Counted from the first letter of the stretch, positions 35,175 through 45,302 are shown. The stretch is DNA of 64,000 nucleotides from an uncultured Chloroflexia bacterium (GCA_963833535.1 CAWHYC010000008.1:265738-329737); one strand, 5' to 3'. Notes: a model not told the origin generated them from the letters alone. Numbers and translations are program-made.

Positions 35175-36377
35175 GTGATCGACCTCGAGCTGAGTCCGGA
35201 GAATCGCCTCGTGCGGGATGCGGCACGCGCATTCGCCGAGGCCGAGATCCTGCCCCACATCCGCGAATGGGACGAGCGACACGAGGTCCATCTGCCGACA
35301 TTCCGCAAGATGGGCGAGCAAGGCTTCCTGGGCGCCCCGATCCCCGAGCGGTACGGCGGCGGCGGCATGGACTACGTCAGCTTCGGGCTGCTGTGCGAGG
35401 AGCTGGAGCGGGCAGACACCGCCTTTCGGGTCATCATGAGCGTCCATGTCGGGCTCAATTCCCTGACCCTCCTGCAGTGGGGCAACGAAGACCAGAAGCA
35501 GCGCTTCCTGGTGCCCCAGGCGCGTGGCGAGAAGCTGGCCACGTTCGGCCTCACTGAGCCCGGCGTGGGCACCGACGCGGCCGCCCTCCAGACGACGGCC
35601 CGCCGCGACGGCGATGACTACATCCTCAACGGCGCCAAGATCTGGATCAGTCTGGGCGATATCGCCGATCACTTCCTGGTCTTCGCCTCGGTCGACCGCG
35701 AGAAGCGCCACAAGGGCATCACGGCCTTCGTCGTCGAACGCGGCATGGACGGCTTCACCACCGGCTCGCTCAGGGGCAAGCTGGGCATCAATGCCGGCAA
35801 CACGGGACAGCTCTTCTTCGATGACGTCCGAGTCCCGACCGCCAATCGCATCGGGGAGGAGGGCGAGGGCTTCACCATCGCCATGAGCGCCATCGACCAG
35901 GGTCGCTTCACGGTCGCCACCGGCGCCGTCGGACTCGCCCAGGCCTGCCTCGACGCCTCGGTCAAGTACGCCCACGAACGGCATACCTTCGGCCAGGAGA
36001 TCGGCGAGCACCAGCTCGTCAAGCAGATGCTGGCCAGGATGCACCAGGGCATCGAGGCCGGCCGGCTGCTCTGCTGGCAGGCCGCCTGGCTCAAGAACCA
36101 CGGCCGCCGCAACACGCGCGAGACGAGCCTGGCCAAGTGGTTCTGCACCGAGCACGCCGTCCAGAGCGCTCTCGATGCGATCCAGGTCCACGGCGCCTAC
36201 GGCTACTCCAACGAGTACCCCGTCGAGCGCTACCTGCGCAACAGTAAGGCGGCCGTCATCTACGAGGGCACGAGCCAGCTGCACACGCTCATCCAGGCCG
36301 ATTACCTGCTGGGCTATCGCGAGGATCGCCCGCTGCGCTGCCCGCCGTTTCCGGCGGAAGGGTTCGAAGCCGAGTGA
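35175..36377 (+). CDS. Acyl-CoA dehydrogenase
   Basis: GLTEPGVGTDAAAL, FVVERGMDGF and IYEGTSQLH. GTG start after AGGAGC. Confidence 0.9.
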   Translation: MIDLELSPENRLVRDAARAFAEAEILPHIREWDERHEVHLPTFRKMGEQGFLGAPIPERYGGGGMDYVSFGLLCEELERADTAFRVIMSVHVGLNSLTLLQWGNEDQKQRFLVPQARGEKLATFGLTEPGVGTDAAALQTTARRDGDDYILNGAKIWISLGDIADHFLVFASVDREKRHKGITAFVVERGMDGFTTGSLRGKLGINAGNTGQLFFDDVRVPTANRIGEEGEGFTIAMSAIDQGRFTVATGAVGLAQACLDASVKYAHERHTFGQEIGEHQLVKQMLARMHQGIEAGRLLCWQAAWLKNHGRRNTRETSLAKWFCTEHAVQSALDAIQVHGAYGYSNEYPVERYLRNSKAAVIYEGTSQLHTLIQADYLLGYREDRPLRCPPFPAEGFEAE

Positions 36378-38425
36378 CCTTCGTCCCCGACCCGCCGGCG
36401 CCCCCGGGCTGGTCCGCTGCCGACTTGGCGGCGCTCGGTCGTGCACTCGACGGGTTCGTCGCCGGCGACGTCGCGCGGATGGCACGCCTGGCAGCAGCCG
36501 CGCTCGATGAGCTGGCCGAGCCGATCGACCTCTGGCAGCTCAAGCTGGCCGTGCGCGCGTTCGACCTGCGCCTGGCCAACCTCGTGCTCGGCGCCGGCGC
36601 GGTCCGATTCCGCGACCTCGATGGCGACGCGCGTGATCGCTACCTCTTGGGCTGGGGGACGAGCCGTCTGCCGCAGCGACGAACGACGTTCCAGGCCCTC
36701 AAGCGGATGGCGCTCTTCCTGGCCTACGCAGACCCGGGCCCGGGACCTGAGGCCAACCCGCGGTGGACCGCGATGGGCTACCGACCGGGGTGGGAGCCGC
36801 CGATTGCTGATCCCTCGCCCGTCGAGCCGATGGCGGTCGATCGCTCCCCACGAGCGGCCTCGACGCGGCTCGACCTCGATTCCGACGTGGTCGTCGTCGG
36901 CAGCGGCGCCGGGGGTGGCGTCGTGGCGGCACGGGCGGCGGCAGCCGGACGTTCGGTGCTGGTCGTCGAAGCCGGCTCTGCCTGGCCAGAGGCAGCCATG
37001 CCGACCAACGAGCTGACTGGCTTCAAGCGCATGTTCCTGGCTCGGGGCCTGAGCGCGAACGCCGATCTCTCCATCGCCATCCTGGCCGGGGCGACGCTCG
37101 GCGGTGGGATGACCGTCAACTGGACGACCTCGATCGACGCCCCGGCATCGGTCCGCGAGCACTGGGCACGCGATCATGGGCTGACCGGCTTCGACGACGC
37201 CGAGACCGACGCCGACTTAGCGCGCATCCGGGCCGAGCTCAACGTGGCCACTGCCACGACGATCGCTGTCAAGGACCGGCTCCTGATCGATGGCTGCCAT
37301 GCCCTCGGCTATGAGGCGGGTCCGAACGAGCGGAACACGACCGGCTGCGACACCTGCGGCGGCTGCACCTTCGGCTGCCGGACCGGTGCCAAGCAGGCCG
37401 GCATCCGCGGCCATCTCGCCATCGCCGCGCAGCACGGCGCTCGGTTCCTGGTCGATGCGCCCGTGGATCGGGTCGTCATCGAAGGTGGTCGCGCGGTCGG
37501 CGTCGAGGGCCGGCTGCTGGCGCTCGATGCGTCCGGCCTGCCGACGGATGTCGAGCGGCCATTCCGCGTTCACGTCAGGCAGGTCGTCCTGGCGGCCGGT
37601 GCCCTGCGGACTCCGATCATCGTGCTTGCCAGCGGGCGCGCGCACCCCTGGACCGGCCACGGCCTGCGACTCCATCCGGTGGCTGCCCTGGCTGGCGTGA
37701 TGCCCGAGCCGGTCGAGATGTGGGCAGGCCCGCTCCAGAGCGCCCGATCGCTGCACTTCCTGGAACCAGGACCGACCGCGGCGGGGTATCCGGGCCCCGC
37801 CCACGGCCCGATCGTGCTCGAGTCGGCGCCACCTCATCCCGGCCTGGCAGGATCGGCCTTCCCGTGGACCGGTCGGGTCGACAGCAAGGACTTCATGGAG
37901 CGGCTCTCGTTCGTGGCCCCCATCGTCGCCCTGGTCGGCGACCGCGGCGCGGGCCGGGTGAGCCTCTCGCGCACCCGGCGACCCCGCATCGACTATCGGA
38001 TCTCGCCCAACGACGCCCGCACGGCCAGCCGGGCGGTGGTCGAGATGGCGCGCATCAGCCGAGCCGCCGGTGCGACCTCGATCGTCGCCGTCGGCACGCC
38101 CGCGGTCTGGTTCGGGCGCGACGGCCGGTCCGACGATAGGACCTTCGGCCGATACCTCGAGGACCTCGCCGGCCGCAGCTTCGCGCCGAACCGGATGGGG
38201 CTCTTCTCCGCCCACCAGATGGGCAGCATGCCCGCCGGCGCCGACCCCACCACGAGCGCCTGCGACCCCTGGGGCCGCGTCCGCGCGGACACGACCGGTG
38301 GTCTGGTGCCCGGCCTCTATGTCGGCGATGGCTCGCTCTTCCCGACCGCGACGACCGTCAACCCCCAGATGACCATCATGGCCCTTGCCGAACGCGTCGC
38401 CCGGACCGTCATCGCTGAGGCCTAG
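36374..38425 (+). CDS. GMC-family FAD-dependent oxidoreductase (long-chain alcohol oxidase-like)
   Basis: 4-nt overlap with the acyl-CoA dehydrogenase gene. FAD fold DVVVVGSGAGGGVVA. GMC C-terminal LYVGDGSLFPTATTVNPQMTIMALAER. Confidence 0.85.
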   Translation: MTFVPDPPAPPGWSAADLAALGRALDGFVAGDVARMARLAAAALDELAEPIDLWQLKLAVRAFDLRLANLVLGAGAVRFRDLDGDARDRYLLGWGTSRLPQRRTTFQALKRMALFLAYADPGPGPEANPRWTAMGYRPGWEPPIADPSPVEPMAVDRSPRAASTRLDLDSDVVVVGSGAGGGVVAARAAAAGRSVLVVEAGSAWPEAAMPTNELTGFKRMFLARGLSANADLSIAILAGATLGGGMTVNWTTSIDAPASVREHWARDHGLTGFDDAETDADLARIRAELNVATATTIAVKDRLLIDGCHALGYEAGPNERNTTGCDTCGGCTFGCRTGAKQAGIRGHLAIAAQHGARFLVDAPVDRVVIEGGRAVGVEGRLLALDASGLPTDVERPFRVHVRQVVLAAGALRTPIIVLASGRAHPWTGHGLRLHPVAALAGVMPEPVEMWAGPLQSARSLHFLEPGPTAAGYPGPAHGPIVLESAPPHPGLAGSAFPWTGRVDSKDFMERLSFVAPIVALVGDRGAGRVSLSRTRRPRIDYRISPNDARTASRAVVEMARISRAAGATSIVAVGTPAVWFGRDGRSDDRTFGRYLEDLAGRSFAPNRMGLFSAHQMGSMPAGADPTTSACDPWGRVRADTTGGLVPGLYVGDGSLFPTATTVNPQMTIMALAERVARTVIAEA

Positions 38426-41126
38426 ACCGCCGGCGGGTGATCGCGTTTCGATCCTGCTGGCGGCTGGTCTGGCACCACGGGCGAGGCGATGGCCAGGGCG
38501 ATGGCCTCGTCGAGGCTCAGCGTTGCGCCGTCTGCTTCGAGCCGCTCGCGCGTCTCGGCGTCGATGCCCGGGAATGAACGCCCGCCACCGCGAAGCCTGA
38601 TGTTCGACCACTCTGCCAGGCCGGTCGACGTCACGGCTTGCAGGCGCCGCGCGGCGCCATACAGACGCAGGGCTCGCTCGAGGTCGCCGACGAGGTAGCA
38701 GTAATCGACCCAGTCGTCGAGGACCAGGACCAGCCCCGTCGTCTCGCCCGCGCGGACCATCGCCTCGGTGGCTTCGGTCAGGTACCGATGGGCGTCCGCG
38801 AAGCGACCGAGCATCGTGACCGAGGCACCCAGCATGTGGAGCGACCAGTTGGTCATGAAGTCGTTGTGCGTGCGGCGGGCGAGCGCCAGCGCCTCGACGT
38901 ACGAGTCCGCAGACTGCTGCCACTCCTCCATGAAGTAGTAGGAGTTCCCGATGCCCCAGAGCGCGTTGGTCAGGCCGTCCTCATCGCCCAGCTCGCGGTA
39001 GATGGCGACGGCCTCCTCGGCAGCGGCTCGGGCGTTGCTGTACTCCGGGTCCTCGATGAAGATGCTGAACGAGAAGTTGTAGAGCTCATCCGCGATGAGC
39101 TTCCGATCGCCGATAGCGCGCGCGAACTCGAGCGCCAGGCCGTATTGCTCGCGACAGGCCGCGAAGTCGCCGCGCCAGTAGGCCAGGCCGCCGGCCGCCT
39201 CATGGCCTCGGACCACCAGCACGGGATCGACGCCCTCGGTCGGCAGCGCGAGGACCGCGCCGGCATGCATCAGGCCCTCGGTCAGGAAGGCCCGACTCTG
39301 CCAGAAGCGCCAGGCCGACCAGACGATGCGCAATGCGATGGCCGCCTCGCGAGTCTCCAGCGCCCAGGCCAGAGCGGCCCGGACATTGTCGTGGTCGTGC
39401 TCGATCAGGTCGAGCCAACGGGCGCGATCCTGACCGGTCAGGTGGGGCGCGGCGCGCTCGACCAGCTCGGTGAACCACGTCGCGTGCCGGACGCGCAGCT
39501 CGGTCGCCTCGCCCCGTTCGACCAGGCGCTCGATAGCGAACTCGCGGATCGTCTCCAGCATCCGAAAGCGCACCTGGTCGTGCTCCTCGATCTCGCGCAC
39601 GAGGCTCTGGTCGGCGAGGTCGCTCAAGCCATCGAGCACGTCGAGCGCGGCGCCGCCGGTCGTCGACGGTCCGCAGATGGCCTCGGCCGCCTCCAGGTCG
39701 AAGCCGCCCGAGAAGACCGAGGCACGGGCGAAGAGGCAGCGCCCAGGCTCGTCGAGGAGGCCGTAGCTCCAATCGATGGCGCCGCGCAGGGTCTGCTGCC
39801 TGGCTGGCAGGTCCCGCGAGCCGCCGCTGCCAAGCAGCGCCAGTCGACTCTCGAGGCGAGGCAGCATCGCCTGCGGGTTGAGCAGCTTGACTCGGGCCGC
39901 GGCCAGCTCGATGGCCAGCGGCAGCCCATCGAGGCGAGCGGTGATGGCGGCCACGGCGGGAGCGTTCTCGTTGGTCACCAGGAAGTCCGGCTTGGCCGCC
40001 ATGGCACGCGTGATGAAGAGCGCGACCGCCTCGTACTGGGTCATCGCTTCGAGCGTCGGCAGATTCGCCGGATCGGGCACGCCGAGTGGCGGCACGGGGT
40101 ACTCCTGCTCGCCGTAGACGTGCAGCAGGGAGCGGCTGGTGGCCACGACGCGCACGTCCGGACCAGCCTTCAACAGGTCACCGAGCAGGCCGGCCACGCC
40201 GGCGACCTGCTCCAGGTTGTCGAGGACCAGGAGGATCCGACGCGTCGCCAGGTACTCGACCACGCGATCGGCGAGGCTCGTGTCCCCCTCGCGGACGCCG
40301 AGCACGGCGCCGATGGCCGGAGCGACGAGGGCAGGGTCGACGATGGGCTCCAGGGGCACGAAGAAAACGCCGTCCGGGAAGTCCTCGATCGACTCGGCAG
40401 CGAGCTGCAGGGCGAGCCGCGTCTTGCCCGTGCCGCCCGGCCCGGTCAGGGTCAGCAACCTGGTCGATGCCAGCAGGCGTCGAGCCTCGGCGACCTCGTG
40501 GACGCGGCCGACGAAGCTGGTTGGCAGCACCGGCAGGTTGTTCGGCGTCGCGTCGAGCGTGCGCAACGGCGGGAACTGGTCCAGCAGGCCGGCCGCGACG
40601 AGCTGGGCGATCCGTTCCGAGCGTGAGAGGTCCTTGAGCCGATGCTCGCCCGAGGTCTCGCAACGTGACGCCGGTCGGCAGGCTGCCCTCGGTCAGCGCC
40701 CGGGTCGTGCCCGAGACGAGGACCTGGCCGCCGTGGCCGGCGGCCGCGATCCGCGCCGCCCGATGGACGTCGAGCCCGACGTAGTCGCTGTCCGGAGCGA
40801 CCACGCCCTCGCCGGTGTGGAGGCCCATGCGGACCCGCAGCTCCACGCTCTCCGGCCACGCCTCGGCCGCCAGGCCGCGCTGGGCGGCGACGGCCGCTTC
40901 GACCGCCGACGGCGCGCTCCGGAAGACGACGAAGAACGAGTCGCCCTCGGTCTTGATCTCGTGGCCGCTGGCCGCCGAGATGGCGGCGCGCAGGATGCGC
41001 TGGTGCGCGCTCCAGGACGTCGCTGTAGGCGGCCGTGCCGAGCCGCTCGAGCAGGCGCGTCGAGCCCTCGATGTCGGTGAAGAGGAAGGTGACGGTGCCG
41101 GTCGGGTAGGGGGTCTGGTCTGGCAT
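38422..41126 (-). pseudogene. Class III nucleotidyl cyclase + STAND/AAA ATPase + TPR regulator, split across three reading frames
   Basis: Frame A: MPDQTPYPTGTVTFLFTDIEGSTRLLERLG... Frame B: ...HQRILRAAISAASGHEIKTEGDSFFVVF...RVRMGLHTGEGV...AARIAAAGHGGQVLVS. Frame C: EHRLKDL...LTLTGPGGTGKTRLALQ... plus TPR repeats. Frame changes lie near 41001-41020 and 40641-40660. Confidence 0.75.
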
Positions 41127-41240
41127 CGGTCGGTTCGATGGTGCGCTGTCCGCGTTCGCCCGTCAACGCGACGGCGGCTGGGCGGCGCAGCGGAAACGCT
41201 CGAGCCCGGCCCGACGGTCGAGATCGGATATTTGGTCCGG

Positions 41241-41277
41241 ATTAGCCGTTGACGGCTAATCGACAGGCGACTAGCCT
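41241..41277 (+). promoter_or_regulatory. Palindromic operator overlapping a -35/-10 promoter
   Basis: ATTAGCCGT-TG-ACGGCTAAT spans 41241-41260. TTGACG (41249-41254) is followed by 17 nt and then TAGCCT (41272-41277). The GTG start at 41284 lies 6 nt after the -10 box. Confidence 0.5.
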
Positions 41278-41283
41278 CGCTCG

Positions 41284-41805
41284 GTGGAGCGGAGGGTCGT
41301 CGTTCGGGGGCGTCTGCGCGCGTCGCGCGAGGCCGGGCGGACGCTCGGAGTGCGCGGCCCGGTCGATGCGGACGACCCGTTCGTCGCGCTGCTCGACGCC
41401 TGGCTCGATCCGGCCATGCCGGCCGCGCGCTGGTCGGTCGTCGTCGGCGTCGACGAAGACGCCGAGGCGGCGCTGGAAGCGGCAGCAGCCCGCCGTGAGC
41501 TGCTCGTCGTGTGCACCGGCAACGAGGATGCCGACGCCTTGCTAGCCGATCTCAGCCCGGTCCTCGGTCGCCTGCTCGACGACCTGACACCCAGCCAGCG
41601 ACGACTCGCTCGGCTGCGCCTCATCGAGGGTATCCGGCAGGCCGATGCCGCCGAGGTCCTGGGCATCAGTCGGGCCAGCGTCTCTGTCGCCAACGGACGC
41701 GCCCGCATCCACGAGATCGACCTCCAGCTTCGGGCGGTGCGCGCCTGCTGGGCAGCGGGTCGAGCGATGTCGGTGGCCGCCGATGTCGCAAGGGACGACC
41801 GATGA
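41284..41805 (+). CDS. Protein with a sigma-70 region-4-like HTH
   Basis: LTPSQRRLARLRLIEGIRQADAAEVLGISRASVSVANGRARI. Leaderless-type GTG start. Confidence 0.6.
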   Translation: MERRVVVRGRLRASREAGRTLGVRGPVDADDPFVALLDAWLDPAMPAARWSVVVGVDEDAEAALEAAAARRELLVVCTGNEDADALLADLSPVLGRLLDDLTPSQRRLARLRLIEGIRQADAAEVLGISRASVSVANGRARIHEIDLQLRAVRACWAAGRAMSVAADVARDDR

Positions 41806-41836
41806 TGTCCCCGGACGGGGATGGTAGGGTGCCGCG

Positions 41837-42349
41837 ATGACCAGGCTGGACGGCCCGGCGCCCGAGGCCGACGGCGCCGCGGTCGAGGGGGTGGCCGCCG
41901 AACGCTCGCACGCGCTGCTGCTGCGCGTACTTGCTCTGGCGCTCCTCGGGCGCGCCCTGCTGAGCTTCGCCGACGCGCTGGCCATCGGTAGCGGCGGCAT
42001 CGGCATCCTGGAGCCGGGCGGCATCGCCCACGCCGATGGCTCGCCGCTCTGGCCGCTGCTCTGGGGTGGCGTGGCCCTGCTGGCCGCCGTGCTGTTGCTC
42101 TTTCGCCGACCCCTCGGCTGGGTCCTGGGGGCCGGTGTGTGCGTCGCCTACCTTGTCGTCGGCGTCGGCCATGCGGTCGGTGCGAGCTCCAGCACGACGG
42201 GTCTGTCGGCCGGTGTCTGGCTCATCTTCGTCGTCGACATCCTCGTCCCGTCCCTCGTACTCGCCGGCCTCTTCACGGTCAGGCCGTGGTTCCTGGCGGC
42301 TGCCCGCGCCGGCCGACCGGGGCCTCGGGGTCGGACGCCTACTCGGTGA
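41837..42349 (+). CDS. Integral membrane protein (4 predicted TM segments)
   Basis: 170 aa with hydrophobic stretches LLLRVLALALLGRALL, LWPLLWGGVALLAAVLLLF, WVLGAGVCVAYLVVGV and VWLIFVVDILVPSLVLAGLF. Confidence 0.6.
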   Translation: MTRLDGPAPEADGAAVEGVAAERSHALLLRVLALALLGRALLSFADALAIGSGGIGILEPGGIAHADGSPLWPLLWGGVALLAAVLLLFRRPLGWVLGAGVCVAYLVVGVGHAVGASSSTTGLSAGVWLIFVVDILVPSLVLAGLFTVRPWFLAAARAGRPGPRGRTPTR

Positions 42350-42746
42350 CCGTGATCGTCCCGCTCATCGAGCCGTGGATGCCACAGACGTAGGGGAACG
42401 TGCCGGCGGCATCGAAGGTCCGTTGGTAGGTCGCGCCGCTGGTCAGGCCGGTGCTCTCGGGCGTGCCGTCGCTCCACTTGACCGTGTGCGTCGCGGCACC
42501 GGTGTTGGTCCAGGTGACCGTCGTCCCGGCGGCGACCGTCAAGTCGGCGGGCTCGAAGCCGAAGTCGACGATGCTCACAGCACCGGTCGTGCCGCCGGGC
42601 GCCGCTGCCGAGGCCGCCTCGGTCGGGCTCGGCGAGCCGCCACCGCCCGAGCAGGCCGCGACGACGATCGCCAGCAGGACGCCGAGGCCGATGGTCGTGA
42701 GGGTTCGCACGGGTGGATCTCCTTGGGCCAGCGGCGGTCTTCGCAT
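42339..42746 (-). CDS. Type-1 copper (cupredoxin/plastocyanin-like) lipoprotein
   Basis: Start at the ATG 42744-42746. Lipobox LAIVVAAC. Copper ligand pattern ATHTV ... YVCGIHGSM. Confidence 0.8.
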   Translation of the reverse strand: MRRPPLAQGDPPVRTLTTIGLGVLLAIVVAACSGGGGSPSPTEAASAAAPGGTTGAVSIVDFGFEPADLTVAAGTTVTWTNTGAATHTVKWSDGTPESTGLTSGATYQRTFDAAGTFPYVCGIHGSMSGTITVTE

Positions 42747-42783
42747 CCGCCGAAGGCGTCCTACGGTATCGGCTCCAGCCGGC

Positions 42784-43707
42784 ATGCGCCACACTCCGTC
42801 GATGGCGCTGACCGTCGCTCGATGCCTGGCCCAGCTCGCGGCGGCTGGCTTGATCATCCCCGCCGAGCCATCGGTGGCGGCGATCGGCTGGGCGACCGTC
42901 GATCTCGATCGGGCCGCGGCCGAGCTGGCGGTCGAGGCCGGCATCGAGGCAAGCCTCGTACATCCGGCCCCGGACGACGAGGCCCTCGGCGCCGTCGCTC
43001 GTCGCATCGACCTTGTCGACGGGCCGCTGCTCATCCTCGAGCCTCGCACCGAGGGCCGTCTGGCGGCGGCGCTCGCGCGGCATGGAGAAGGCCCGGTCGC
43101 GGTCTACCTCGCGGCGCCGGAACGGTCTCGATCGGCTACGCGAACGTCGCCCTCGGCTGCCACGTCGCCCCGGTCACCGCAGCTGGCCGCCACTGGGGAT
43201 CCCCTGGGCGGTCAGAGTCGACTCGTCCGCCCGGCTGACCCATGGGGACCGTTCGTCCTCTACCATCAGGCCATGACCGCCGGTCCGACCGTCCGCCCCG
43301 CCACCGATGCCGACGCGGAGGCCATCGCCACGCTCTTCACCGACGAGGGCTACCCGGCCGGGCCGAGCGACATCCGCGAGCGCCTCTCGCGCTTCGACTC
43401 GACCTTCTCGACCGTCCGCGTGGCCGAGCTGGGCGGTGACGTGGTCGGCTTCGTGGCTGTCCATGTCATGCCGCGGTTCGAGCACGGCGACCGCATCGCT
43501 CGCATCCTGGCCATGATCGTCGACGCCGGCGTACGCGAACGCGGGATCGGGCACCTCCTGATGGAGACGGCAGAGGCGATCGCCCGCGAGACCGGCTGTG
43601 CATTCATCGAGATCACGGCCGGCCGCCACCGCCCGGATGCGCAGCGGCTCTACGAAGCCGTCGGCTACGAGGCGGGCGTCGCCACCTACCTGCGCAAGCG
43701 CCTCTAG
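42784..43707 (+). CDS. GNAT N-acetyltransferase with an N-terminal glyoxalase/VOC-like region; possibly two genes or a frame-disturbed fusion
   Basis: The GNAT core starts at 43271 (MTAGPTVRPATDADAEAIA...RGIGHLLM...LYEAVGY). The upstream in-frame part carries IGWATVDLDRAAAEL...LLILEPRTEGRLAAALARHGEGPVAVYL. A low-complexity stretch at about 43105-43215 is suspicious. Confidence 0.7.
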   Translation: MRHTPSMALTVARCLAQLAAAGLIIPAEPSVAAIGWATVDLDRAAAELAVEAGIEASLVHPAPDDEALGAVARRIDLVDGPLLILEPRTEGRLAAALARHGEGPVAVYLAAPERSRSATRTSPSAATSPRSPQLAATGDPLGGQSRLVRPADPWGPFVLYHQAMTAGPTVRPATDADAEAIATLFTDEGYPAGPSDIRERLSRFDSTFSTVRVAELGGDVVGFVAVHVMPRFEHGDRIARILAMIVDAGVRERGIGHLLMETAEAIARETGCAFIEITAGRHRPDAQRLYEAVGYEAGVATYLRKRL

Positions 43708-43790
43708 TCTCGCGGCGGGGCGTGCCCGCGCCGCGACATGGAAAGCTCGCGCAGGGGGCCTGACTCGACCGCCCGTCGTATCGTTCCCCC

Positions 43791-45302
43791 ATGGCGTCCC
43801 GCAAGGAGATCCTCGACATCGGCGGCCGCGAGGTCACGGTCTCCAATCCGGACAAGGTCTACTTCCCCCAGGCCGGCCACACCAAGCTCGATGTCGTGCG
43901 CTACTTCCTGGCCGTCGCCGACGGCGCGCTGGCCGGCGTCCGCGGCCGGCCGATGGCCCTCAAGCGCTTCGTCGACGGCATCGACCACGAGCCGTTCTTC
44001 CAGAAGCGGGCGCCGGAGAACCGCCCGGACTGGATGCGCACGGCGACCCTGACCTTTCCGTCGGGCCGCACGGCCGACGAGATCGTCGTCGACGAGGCCG
44101 CGGGTCTGGCCTGGGTCGTGAACCTCGGCTGCATCGACCTCAACCCGCACCCGGTCCGCGCTGACGACCTCGACCACCCCGACGAGCTGCGCGTCGATCT
44201 CGATCCCGTGCCCGGCGTGCCCTTCTCGCAGGTCCGCCAGGTCGCGCTCGTCATCCGCGAGGCGCTCGACTCGGTCGGGCTGGTCGGCTGGCCCAAGACC
44301 TCCGGCTCGCGTGGCATCCACGTCAACGTCCGCATCGAGCCCCGCTGGACATATCCGCAGGTCCGCCGCGCGGCGCTCGCTCTGGCTCGCGACGTCGAAC
44401 GGCGGGCACCGTCGATCGCGACCAGCAAATGGTGGAAGGAGGAACGCCACGGTGTCTTCCTCGACTACAACCAGAACGCCAAGGACCGCACGGTCGCCTC
44501 GGCCTACTCGGTGCGCCCGACACCCGATGCTCGTGTCTCGGCCCCACTGACCTGGGATGAGGTGCCCGACGCCGAGCTCGGCGACTTCACGTTGCTGTCG
44601 GTGCCCGACCGCTACGCGCGCATCGGCGACCCCGGAGCCGGTATCGACGGCGCCGTGGGCTCGCTCGATGCGCTACTTGAGCTCTCCGCCCGTGACGAGA
44701 AGGAGGGTCTGGGCGACGCGCCGTGGCCCCCCAACTACGCCAAGCAGGCGGGCGAGCCGCCACGCGTCCAGCCGTCCCGAAAGCGACGCGCCGACGCCGA
44801 CTACGAAGGCCGCGGCGTCGATGGCGGGCCGCCACCCGAGGTCGCTGAGGCGCGAGCCGCGGCTGTCGCCGCTGGAGACCCGAATGCCGGCCTGCCGACC
44901 GAGTGGCTCGGATCCACCTCTGGAGCTGCAGCCGGTGAGTGGCCCGGCGCCCGCACGACGCCATGGACCGGCACCCGCCCCACGCCGACGGGTCGGCGCA
45001 AGAGCACGATGCCGGTCATCGAGATCGCGCGCGCCAAGGCGAAGATCGATGCGTTGGCCGGCCTCGAACGCTGGAAGGCACGCCATTCGGCCGTCGTGCC
45101 GCTCCTCGAGCCCGCCGACATCCTGGTCGACGGCATGCGTGGCCGCTCCTCGCTCTGGTATCGGGTGCGCGTCAACCTCATCCACGTGCCCGAGGCGGAT
45201 CGCCCGTCCCAGGAGGCACTCGACCCCGACTACGATCCGATGACCGAGTGGGTCCCGACTCCCAGCGCGCAGGCGGCGGCGACCGACGCCGACGGGGGCT
45301 GA
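43791..45302 (+). CDS. LigD-type primase-polymerase (PolDom) protein with an approximately 200-aa C-terminal extension
   Basis: VSNPDKVYFP, LNPHPVRADDLDHPDELRVDLDP, KTSGSRGIHV and FLDYNQNAKDRT. TATCGT lies 6 nt upstream of the ATG. Confidence 0.85.
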   Translation: MASRKEILDIGGREVTVSNPDKVYFPQAGHTKLDVVRYFLAVADGALAGVRGRPMALKRFVDGIDHEPFFQKRAPENRPDWMRTATLTFPSGRTADEIVVDEAAGLAWVVNLGCIDLNPHPVRADDLDHPDELRVDLDPVPGVPFSQVRQVALVIREALDSVGLVGWPKTSGSRGIHVNVRIEPRWTYPQVRRAALALARDVERRAPSIATSKWWKEERHGVFLDYNQNAKDRTVASAYSVRPTPDARVSAPLTWDEVPDAELGDFTLLSVPDRYARIGDPGAGIDGAVGSLDALLELSARDEKEGLGDAPWPPNYAKQAGEPPRVQPSRKRRADADYEGRGVDGGPPPEVAEARAAAVAAGDPNAGLPTEWLGSTSGAAAGEWPGARTTPWTGTRPTPTGRRKSTMPVIEIARAKAKIDALAGLERWKARHSAVVPLLEPADILVDGMRGRSSLWYRVRVNLIHVPEADRPSQEALDPDYDPMTEWVPTPSAQAAATDADGG

